Under the pieces are notes generated by a model. It was not told where the DNA came from and searched no databases. It worked only from the letters and a program-made list of their open reading frames with translations. Of a stretch of DNA of 64,000 nt, positions 38,101-48,615 are shown piece by piece. The translations under genes and the position numbers were made by a program. The stretch covers positions 120,034,001-120,098,000 of the forward strand of contig NW_024704742.1 in assembly GCF_018977255.1 (NCBI RefSeq). The letters are read 5' to 3'. This DNA is from Callorhinchus milii (taxonomy: Eukaryota). Position 1 is the stretch's first letter. Each line of letters starts with the position of its first letter.

Positions 38101-40300
38101 AGCAGAGCACAGGCAGGGGCATACTGCTGTTCCGGGATCTGTAAACTCGTACCGTCAGGAGTGCAGATTAGGGAACACCCCAGTCGACACAACAAGTCCC
38201 GTCTGAGCAGATTACACGGCACGCTGTCAGCCAGGAGAAATTGATGATCACCAGTCCATCCTTGCAAGTTACACTCAATATTTTCGGAGAGCGGATGTCC
38301 CGTGAGGCCAATCACATTGACTGAGGCGTTGGTTGCTTTAATACCGGGTAAATCAGAAGGTTTAATAGTAAAGCGAGTTGCACCTGTATCAATAAGGAAA
38401 GGAAGAGAACAACCATTTACAGTCATATAGCAAAAGGGTTCAGTGTCAGAATTTTCAGGTTCTTTCTGTGGTAATGCCCTGTGAGGGTTGCGCCACCGTC
38501 ACTGAAAGTTTGAATTATCGGGAGGTGGAGTAGGGAATGGGGCATTCATAGTAAAAGGAGCCCAATTCCCTTGTGCGCCCTCGCCTGCCGACGGCCATTG
38601 TTCGAGACCCCCAGTAGGGTTTCTTTGCGGACATTCCCTTGCCCAATGACCAGGCAGTTGGCACAAATGGCACAATCCTGGTTTAGAATTAAAATTTCCT
38701 CAGCCCCGACCTCTGCCTCGTCCGCAACCCCGTCCCCTACCGTAACCCTGATAATTGTTGTTAGGGTTTGGGTGGTCAGAAGACTGGACTAAGACGCACT
38801 CAGGCTTTTCTTTAATCTTTTGTTGTTGCGCTGGCAATTTGGCTCTAGCAATGCTGCAGAACGCTTATAATTTCATTTAACTGCTTAGCTTCCCATCCAA
38901 TACAAACGGTACAAAACATTTGCTTAATGCGTGGTTACAACCCGTTTACAATAGCATTTACCAAAGCAGGTAGTCCAGCCTCAGGAGTAATTCCCGAGTA
39001 TTTTTCAAAAGTGTTGTACAAACGGTCAACATATTCTCCCACATCCTCATCGGCTTTTTTTTGCAAAGTACCATGTATCTGCCCTATTGTTCCTCCTAGA
39101 TTTGTCTTTTTTCTTATTACTTTCGGTTAACCATAAGGTGTCAGCTCCCCAACCAACATTCTTATTCCTTCTTTTCTCTTCACGGTTCCTTAGGACATCT
39201 CCTAAGGTCGTCATTCGGCCACTATTCCAAGATCCCTCACTAGGGAAATTATTCCCTTCGCACCTTGACCATTTTTCCCACTTTTTTACATAATGAACAC
39301 TTTCCGGACCGTAATGTAATTACATATATGCACACGGCGTCCCTTTAGATGGACCCGTTTCTTTACTAGCGTTTTTCCCATTTTAAATCCTATTTAGTTT
39401 TGGTCTTATCTATGAGCTGCTCTTTTAAAACTGGCAATAAGGACTTGAACCTTATTGTCTTACAACGCTAGGGACTCGAACCCTAAACGCTGGGGACTTG
39501 AACCCCTAAACAACACTGGGGACTTGAACCCCTAAAGAATTCTTTCAAACGCTAGCGACTCAAACCCTGATCTCATGAAACAATTATGACGTATCCGCCC
39601 ATTCATACATTACACAGGGGTCAGACTGGGAATAGTTGAGAGAAAACTCTGAATCAACTCACAATCTACTCATCCTCCCGTGTAGTCAGAATCAGACAAA
39701 GTTAGTCATCTCGGTGGAACCTCCAGAAAACTGTTGTGGAATAAAAACTATAGACCACACAAACAATGAACAGTAATCAGTACAGGTTTTATTACGAGCT
39801 TTCTTACAAGCTTTATTACTAGCTTACCAGTAAGGGGAAGCACCCAATCAGGTTCCCAAGTCACCCGAGATAGTACTTCCAAAGAATGTACAAAAATAAA
39901 GGGTTATATTCTTTTTCTTAACAGATTATGTGGCATTTTACAACCAATGATTATTTCTTACCATGACCCGTGACATTTCTGCAGCATTTTCACATCCAAC
40001 CATAGCAATTAACAGTTTTTCTTTGTTTGCTATAATTTCACATACTCATATCAGAGTCATGTGATCTTACCTGACCCTGAAGAGTGGTACCATCTGGTTT
40101 TAACAATCATCTCTTCTAGTCTAGAATTGGGTTGGAATGTCTAAGACTTTGTGTAAAGACCTTCAGTAAGACCACTGTATAAGGCTATGTGACAACACTG
40201 TGTACGTGCTTCAATTATCTATCGCGTGAGCCAACCATGCATGTTGTCAGGGTAGTCTAACCTCTGTAGGCTGATGGTACTTTTAATGTCACCTTCCACA
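35129..40300 (-). mobile_element. ERV-C: epsilon-like provirus (5' LTR, gag, PR, RNase H, IN, env), with RT and 3' LTR deleted
   Basis: LTR ~39732-40300 (tgtggaa...ttccaca), PBS-Gln, CCHC CHLCQLPGHWAREC at ~38631-38672, PR FLIDTGA, IN HLQMDF/HPQSTGAVER, env TQNRMALD...CVAVNESCC. Confidence 0.92.
39708..39725 (-). promoter_or_regulatory. Primer-binding site, tRNA-Gln
   Basis: atctcggtggaacctcca on plus, identical to 24362-24379. Confidence 0.9.
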
Positions 40301-41200
40301 AAAGCAAACTTGAACTGATCATCCCTGGCGACCGGAATGCTCCAGAACCCATTTGAGATATCCAGAGTGGAGAACCATCGAGCACCTGGCGGTATTTGCT
40401 TCAGTACTTCTGACATTTCGCTTACAATTGGCGTGCACGGCGGGGTAACCTGGTTTAGTTTTCGATAGTCTATGGTCAGCCGCCAACTCCCATCTGGTTT
40501 CCGAACGGGCCATGTTGGTGGTGAACATGCCTTGTCGGATAACTCCTTGTTCCAATAAAGAGTCTATTGTCAATTTAACCGCGCTCAGACTTTCTTTAGG
40601 GACAGGATATTGCTTCACGGGTGGGTGAACTGGCCCATTTATGCCTTCCAACCCCTGCATTTGGTCGCAATCGTGTTTGTGGGTAGCAAAAGCAGTACTA
40701 CAGCGTGTAAGTAAATATTGGACTGAGCTGACGAGCGTATTGTATCCCTCTGCCGTTTTAATTGTGAACACGGCATGAACATCAGAGATTGATGTGTGTT
40801 TGCCCCGTGTGGCGCAATTCACCCCCAGCCTCTGGTTAGCATAGTCAATTATAATCCCGTGCTCCGACAAAACATCTCCCCCAAGTAGACCCGCCTTGTC
40901 ATGCAGGGAGACAAAAACTGGCTCGTCAAGCATTATATCGATGTCGGGTGTCAACTGCACACGCACCGGTTTTCCAGTACATCCTTTTGTTACGGTGCCT
41001 TTGAAGCCTGACAGCGACATCAAGCGTCCTGTTAAGTACGGCTCAGCGGGAATATGCTCACAATGTATCAGAGTGTTTGTGGCCCCGCTATCCACTAACA
41101 TCCGACTGTTCCTCCCCCAGAGATTTGTCTCGACAAATGGTTTATTTCCCGGTGTTTTAGCAAAGGGTATAAGTTTGCTATTTTCTCGACTATATGTCCG

Positions 41201-42868
41201 ACAACAACAACAACAACAAGATTCCATTTATAAAGCGCCTTTCACGTCAGGAGGACGTCCCAAGGCGCTGCACAGTTGGGTCATGACCCGAGCAGGGGGG
41301 AAATGGTCAGGGTGAGGGAAGGAGCGAGGAGGGGGGAAATGGTCAGGGTGAGGGGAGGGAAGGGAGGGAGCGAGGAGGGGGAAGAGAGTCGAGAGGGGAG
41401 CTGAAGGCTCGGTCAAAGAGAAAGGTTTTGAGACCGGCCTTGAAGGAGGAAAGGGAGGAGGCGGCGAAGGCACTGGGGGATGGAGTTCCAGAGCCTGGGG
41501 GCTGAGAGGCTGAAGGCCCGACCACCGATGGTAGGGCGGTTGGGGCGGGGGACGTGGAGCAGACCGGAGCCAGAGGAACGGAGGGTACGGGCAGGTAGGT
41601 AGGGGGATAGTAGGTCGGAGAGGTAGGAGGGAGCAAGGCCGTGAATGGCCTTGTAGGTGAGGATGAGGATCTTGAAATCAATCCTCTGGGGGATGGGGAG
41701 CCAGTGGAGGCGAGCGAGGGTGGGAGTGATGTGGTCGCGGAGTCTGGTGCGGGACAGTACACGAGCTGCAGAGTTCTGAATGACCTGCAGCTTGTGGAGG
41801 GAGGTGGCGGGAAGGCCGGCGAGGAGAGAGTTCCCATAGTCCAGCCTTGAGGTGATAAAGGCGTGGACCAGAGTTTCAGCAGCGTGAGGGGTGAGGTAAT
41901 GCCGTAGTCTGGCGATGTTCCGGAGGTGATGGAAGGCGGTGCCAGTTGTGGTGCGGATGTGAGGGAGAAAGGACAGCTCAGGGTCGAACAAAACGCCGAG
42001 GTTCCTGACTGGCTTTGAGAGGTGGAGAGTGCAGCCTTGGATGCTGATGGTGTCAGCGCCTGAGGTGCGGAGGCGCTGACGTGAGCCAATCAGGAGGGCC
42101 TCGGTTTTTCGCACGTTGAGCTGAAGAAAGTTGTCTCTCGTCCAGGACTCGATGTCGGACAGGCAGGCTGTCAGGACATCGGTGGTCGTGGAGTTGAGAG
42201 TAGAGGAGGAAAGGTAGAGTTGGGTGTCATCCGCATACATGTGGAAGTTAACTCCATGTCTGCGGATGATGTCACCAAGGGGGAGCATGTAGAGGGTGAA
42301 GAGGAGGGGACGAAGGACAGAGCCCTGAGGGACACCACATGAGACAGTGCGGGGGGTGGAGGAGAAGCCATTCGTCGAGACAAAATGAAGACGGTGAGAA
42401 AGGTATGACCTAAACCATTCAAGGACAGTGCCTTGAAGGTTGAGGTGGGAGGACAAGCGGTGGAGTAGGATAGCGTGGTCGACCGTATCGAATGCTGCCG
42501 ATAGGACGAGGAGGCAGAGGGAGCCCTGGTTGCAGATGGTCAAGATGTCATTGGTGACTTTGACCAGCGCGGTTTCTGTGCTATGGGCAACTCGGAAACC
42601 TGACTGAAGGGTTTCGAAGAATGCATGGGTGGAAAGGAAAGAGCGCAGTTGGGAGGCGACAACTCTTTCCAAGACCTTGGAGAGAAAGGGGAGGTTGGAG
42701 ATGGGCCGGTAACTTGATAGCTGCGACGCATCAAGGGAGGGTTTTTTGAGGGTGGGCGTGATGATGGCAGTTTTTAATGGAATGGGGACAGAGCCAGAGG
42801 AAAGGGGCAGGTTGATGATGTCAGTGATATGTGGGGCAAGAAAGTGGAGCTGGGAGATAAGGAGTGGA
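41201..42868 (-). mobile_element. L2 family A, 5'-truncated young insertion
   Basis: (CAA)n tail at 41201 and a 419-aa RT ORF at 41413-42672. Inserted about 20 nt after the host gag stop. Confidence 0.95.
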
Positions 42869-45028
42869 CCTGAGGGAGGAGCACCGTGTCACTGATTCGC
42901 CAACGAGCCCCCTTCTACCAAATTAACCTCAGGTCTGGGGGCTATGGTAGGTCCCGGCCTGGCCGACTCCTGATCTTTCAGTCTTTTCACCATTTCTAAC
43001 AGTACGGCATAGCTCACCTCGCCATCCCCCTTCCCTTCAGTCTTATTGAAATAGTGGACAGACTGGGTTATTTGTCCAATGGCTAAATCTTCCACATTTG
43101 TAGCAAGCACCCCTGCCCTTTTCATCTCTCTCTCGTCCATCCCTATCACTGTGGCTCCCCCTGACATATCCTTTGCCTTGTCGCTGCACTCTGCCTCTAT
43201 CCTCGCTCTCCCATCTATCTCTTCTGCCCTCTACCTCATCCCATATTGCCTCTTGCAGGGCATCGGGTTGTGGTTTTGGCATAGCTTGAGTGCAGCGTTT
43301 TAGCAAGCCTAGTAACTCGACCCAATCGGTATTTGGATTAACACCGTAACCTGCCGCAGCCCGTAACCCGGGTGTCAATTTACCCAAAAAACATTACTTG
43401 TATGACACCGAATTCTGACACTGCTGTTGATCCATATTCCCTTCAAGACATTTGGCATTGCATCTCCACAAACGCGTGTGGAATGCAGCCGGTCCTTCCG
43501 TCGGCATCATATGCATTTTCTCCATCTCGTTATGCGCATCAAACGATCCATTCAACAAATCAAAAATAGCAGCCTGAACATCGGCTGCAGTGGCCGCTGC
43601 GGTCCATATTTGCGCATCTAATATTGCCTTAATGATTCCCTATCAGTATCGCCTTCTGGTCTGTGGTGGACAGTCGGGGTGGCTTCATATGAATGCCTCC
43701 CAGCAAGCTTCCCATCGCGTCGGGGCCAATCCCGATTTGACTGGGCAACCTAGTTCTGAAATCAGTGCCTTCCTATCGGATAGCGGCAAAGGTCTGTCCT
43801 CCTCCACCTCCTGCCAACTGGCCCCTCACTCCCGCGGCAACCTCAAAATTCCTTTACCGAGTGATTGTGCACATATTGCCATTCCTGGTCTCGCTCTCTT
43901 CCTCACTTTCATGGTATCGTGTGGCTTCCTCCTCTAGACTTCCCCAGTCTACCCCGTTCACGGAGTCGGTCACCTTACTCCCTGTACAGACCGATATCAC
44001 TGCCCTCTGTATTCCCAATTTTTCCTCCATCTCCCGAATCCTCCTTTTGCATGTAGCATGGTCATGACTTCCCGTCATTCCCATTTTACCTTGAGGGCCC
44101 CCTCCAGGTCCCGAGTACGTCAGACTACCAACCTCTTCTAACTGCTTTTTCTCGGCCTTGCACTGCATCAGATCAGCGAGGTGCTGGCTTCCAATGTTGC
44201 TATTAATCTTCATCCTATTACGCTCACTTTCTAAGAAGCGCTCATTCGTCTGCTGAGTTTTCTATTCCAGTTCCCATTCCGCCTTCTCCTTCTCCCTGTC
44301 GGCAGCTAAAAGTTTCCTTTCTATCTCCCACTCTATTCTCCCCTTTTTTCTTTCGGCAGTTAGTGTGACCAGCGCTGCTGCCCCCTCTTTACACTCACCA
44401 CTCAACTTCTTGACTGACTCCCTGTCGGACAACCCTTGCCCGTCTATCTTCCACATGCAATATTTAAACACCTTTTCTTTTATCCTTTTGCCCCAATTTA
44501 AGTTTCACACCCTCCGTCTCTATTTGCCCTATTAACTTTTCGACTTCGGTCACTCCTTGCCTTAGCACCACTGTAGCACACTCCCAAGCCTTTCCTTTAC
44601 ACGCCTCTTCCAATTTCTTTTGAAGACTCCTCGCCCACTTAGGTTTATCACCGCTCTCCATGCTGGATTATCTGGTTTCAACGTAACTAGCCATTACAGT
44701 TTGTCCACCCCGAACAACTGACTGCTTGGCAGCGGTCTCACACAACAGCTGTCCCGCAACGATTGTACACCCAACACAATCACAACACGAATGACAAAAA
44801 AAAGTACACGACAAACAACCACAACAACCACCTCCTTCATACAAAAAAACCAATTCCCGAGAGTAGCTCGAATAACAACACACCCAATTATCAGCCGGGG
44901 ATGGCTCAAAAGAAACACACCCTATTATCAGCCGGGGATGGCTCAAATAATCAATACGCCTGTTTCTCCGACCGGGCACAAACCAATTCCAGTCATTCGC
45001 ATGACAAACCGCTGAAAATCCTGTCAAG

Positions 45029-45046
45029 ATCCTGTCGACTACGCCA
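45029..45046 (-). promoter_or_regulatory. Primer-binding site, tRNA-Ser
   Basis: Minus strand TGGCGTAGTCGACAGGAT matches the tRNA-Ser 3' end (ATCCTGYCGACTACGCCA). Confidence 0.8.
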
Positions 45047-46990
45047 ATTTGTTGTCCCAGTCTATATGCAGATTAAAATCACCCACAATTAATGTTTTTT
45101 CTTTACTACATGCTCCGCTAACTTCCTGATTTATACCTTGAGAGATACTGTGACTGCTGTTCGGGGGTCTATAAACTACTCCGCTAGAGTTTTCTGCCCC
45201 TTGTTGTTATGTACCTCTACCCATACTGACTCTACTTCCTGCTTTTCCGATTTAAAATCTTTCCTCAATATTGTTTTTATCCCATCCTTTATAAGCAGGG
45301 CCACCCCCCCTCCTCGTTTACCACAATGCCTATCTTTTCTGTACTCCCAAGTACAGAAATCCACATACCCTGGAATATTTAGCTCCCACCCATGATCTCC
45401 CTGTAATCATGTCTTGGTGATGGCTCCAAGATCAAACCCGTTTGTTTCTATTTGTGCATTTAGTTCATCTATCTTGTTTTGAATGCTTCGCGCATTCAGA
45501 TATAGCACCTTTACTTCTGACTTCAGGCTATTAGACCTATTCACCAGTACCCTATCCCTGGGCTTCCTTTCCCCGCTTGACACACTTTGCTCATCTCTCT
45601 GGTTAATCTGCTCTCCCACTTTCATCGGTCCTAATTTTAATTGTGACGGATTACGTGTGATTGATTTTACCCCCCCCCTTAGTATAAAGCCCTGCCTACC
45701 TCCCTATTTATTTGTGTCGCTGGGACATTTGTCCCAGCCCTGTTTAAGTGGAGTCCATTCCTTTGGAATAGCTCCTGTCTCCCCCAATACTAGTCCCAGT
45801 GATCCATAAAGTGAAACCCCTGCCCTCCGCACCAGTCTTTTAGCCAGGTATTCAGATCTTTCATTATTTTTTGCCTGTACCAATTTGTCCCAGGCTCAGG
45901 TAATAATCCCGATAATACCTTTGTAGTTCCACTCTTTAGCTTAACTCCCAATTCCTGGAACTTGCTCCTCAACTCGTCCCTACCAGTCCTACTGTAGGAT
46001 ACTGTTTTCAGTGAGAGTCTTCAGACGAATGAAAGTTTCAAAGAAGTTTTATTCAGTCCTGCAAACAGCCGCAGTCCAGGCACAACTTCCTCAGAAATTT
46101 GTGGCTGCAGAGAGCTTGTAAACCGGTTTAAGCTGGTTATTGTATCTTAGCTCACTCATCATAGGTATTGTTGTTGTTTTGAGTTCAAACAATGGTCTCC
46201 CACACCTACCTACAGCATTGGTCCCTATGTGAATCATAACTATTGGATCCACTCCCTCCTGCTTCAAATTTATCTCCAGCCCAGAAGTGACGTTCTTCAC
46301 CCTGGCCCCAGGAAGGCAATAGAGTCTTCTTGTCTCCCTGCTACGGCTGCAGAAAAGTGTGACAGTCTTCTTGACTGTCTCATCCCCAATTACCACTATA
46401 TTCCTTCTGACTTTGTGTGGCCTCCTATATAGAGGTGTTGGGATAAGTTTGCCCATCTTCCTCATAGACTTCCTTGTCCACACAGGTTGCAAGTATTTCA
46501 TACCTGTCGGACAAAGTTAAAGCCTGGGGTTCCTCTGCCCCGCTCTTTTGGGTCCCCTTACCCGCCTGTTTGACCGTCACCCAGCCCTGTCTGTGGCTGG
46601 TAACGTAATGTTCCCTGGGACTCGGGGGAGTGTCTGGCTCCAGGATGAAACTGTCCAGGAAGCTCTCCTCATCTCTAATGCTGCACAGTGTCTCCACCTG
46701 AGACTCCAGCTCAGCTATTCTAAGCTGAAGCTTCCTCAGTTGCAGACATTTGCTGCAGATGAAGTCACCCAGGCTCAGGTTGCCTTCCATCAACTCCCAC
46801 ATACCACACTCCTCAGACATCACCGACCAGGCCATTCTCTCCTCTCACTCTCTTTATCTCTATATTATTGTCATTAGAAGATATTCTACAATCTTACACC
46901 TACTTCCCCCTATGCACCTAATTCCCACTCTCACCCAATTCCTTCTCACTCTGGCCTCGCCTCAGTCTGGACGTAGTTCATTCTGGGCTC
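45047..46990 (-). mobile_element. CR1 LINE 5' part (5' UTR, ORF1 zinc/esterase, ORF2 endonuclease start)
   Basis: EECGMWE..FICSKC, VVIGDE..CLPGARV..VMIHIGTN, LYLNARSI, RGGGVALLIK, VGDFNLHIDW. Confidence 0.9.
45993..46204 (-). mobile_element. Short (212 bp) solo LTR with 5-bp TSD
   Basis: TGTAGGA...TCCCACA termini, TSD CCTAC (45988-45992 / 46205-46209), AATAAA on minus. Confidence 0.85.
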
Positions 46991-46997
46991 TCTGCTC

Positions 46998-47295
46998 GAG
47001 GATCATCCTTGTGAATCTCCTTTGCACCCTCTCCAGTGCCTCCACCTCCCATCTATAATGTGGGGACCAGAACTGCATACAGTATTCTAAGTGTGGTCTA
47101 ACCAAGGTTCTATAGAGGTTTACCATAACTTCCCTGCTTTTCATTTCTATCCCTCTAGAAATGAACCCCAATGCCTGGTTTGCTTCTTTTATGGCCTTAT
47201 TAACCTGGGTTGCTACTTTTAGTGAATTGGGTATGTGTACCCCTTGGTCCCTTTGCTCCTCTGCCCATTTAGGTTTTCATTTTCCAGGATATATA
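46998..47295 (-). mobile_element. CR1 ORF2 C-terminal fragment
   Basis: LYRTLVRPHLEYCMQFWSPHY...ALERVQRRFTRMI. Confidence 0.88.
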
Positions 47296-48233
47296 TGATG
47301 CTAGAAAATAAAATCAACCAAATCTGTAGGGAAATAACGCTAATTCCTTTAACCAGATATCAGACTGTTTTATTATTATTCGTTCGTTATTCCCCAATAT
47401 CCCGATGGGTCAGGCCAAAGGCCGGTAAAATCAACAGATCTTATAACAGAATAACAAAACTATAGATATTTCGAGTTCAAGAGTTCAACACTGTGTCTTT
47501 ACAGCACACAAGCTTGATTCTTCATGCTTTCAGTCTGCTTGCTTACAGCTTCCAATCCTCCATCTGATATCCTCAGTCTTAGTGTTTCTAGCTCTCAGTC
47601 TTCCATCTCCGTACCCTTGTCTCCGCAGCCCGGGACGGCCCCGTACACAAAGTTATCGAAACTCTTATACCGATGTTCGTCCAATCATGGTGCGGACAGT
47701 AGATCACCTGGTCGAAATCATGCTGGGTGTACGTGAGCACCTCATGGGGTGTACGTGTCTCAGCACACATACACATTGTTCTTAAGACCCCTGTTATCTG
47801 ATCTAATTGTCTAAGATAGAGGATTGATCAGTTTAGGACTGTATCTGGTGCTCATTATTTTGTGGTGTGGGATCATTAGTACATTCCTTTCAGTATCCCG
47901 GGATGGTACCAAGGTCCTCTAGTTTAAGCAACTTGCTCATTAGTTGCTATTCTTGAGGGTTGCCTTTTGTTGCTTGGCAGGCCCTGTCAGAATCTAGCGA
48001 CTTATTGCTAAGTCGAGATCCTGTGTCGACCGGTACCTTGGACCGTTACTCTGTGGGCTTGTTGTCATTTACTGATAAGAGGTGACCGCCCTGCCCTTTT
48101 CCAAAGCTGTCCTGTTATTCTTTCAAAAACAGAGAAAACCAGATGTGTCCTATCCCATGACTGTCAGTATTTTCTCCATTCTACATTTGTTCAATGTTCA
48201 ATATTATTAGACTACAACTTCTGTAATCTAACA
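47296..48233. mobile_element. LTR-like insertion (~940 bp), unclassified
   Basis: TG...AACA ends, non-coding. The TSD is ambiguous within a TA run. Confidence 0.4.
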
Positions 48234-48615
48234 ATATGTGCCCTATCGGATTGGGTGGACCGTACCCGTCATCCTCATGATACTTTGCAGCCTCACCATT
48301 CAACTAATCCCTAACCCTAACCCTAAGTTACGGTTATGATCACTGGCCTGGAGGATTTTAACACGCAGTCTGCCCTTTTTTGTCCTGTTCTTTGTGAAAG
48401 GTCACTGTGCCACAGTCCTTATTGATTCCCTGTTGTGAAAGGGGCCTCGTCTCTGCCTGTTGTTGTGGGGTTGTGGTTCCCTGTGGGGAAGGGCTACCAG
48501 TGGCTCAGTTGGGCTTGGGGCAGTGGTGTCGGTGGGTCTGGTAGTGAGGCAGGGTGGCCACACGCTTGGCTGCCTTTGCTCTCGGGGTGCCTGGGGCCCT
48601 GGGTGAACCTGCCCT

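Larger units (their letters stand above)
40301..45046 (-). mobile_element. Lokiretrovirus-like element: leader, coiled-coil gag with zinc knuckle, PR and N-terminal RT (interrupted by L2)
   Basis: PBS-Ser, charged helical gag fragments at 43043-44661 with CYKCGRFSH, PR LVDSGA, RT KPDGSWRLTIDYRKLN and WFSTLDISNGFWSIP...QFKFAF. Confidence 0.7.

Noticed and set aside
40319..41227. Poly-Cys N-terminus (MESCCCCCC) on a protease ORF
   Set aside because: It is the L2 (TTG)n tail read in frame into the retroviral protease.
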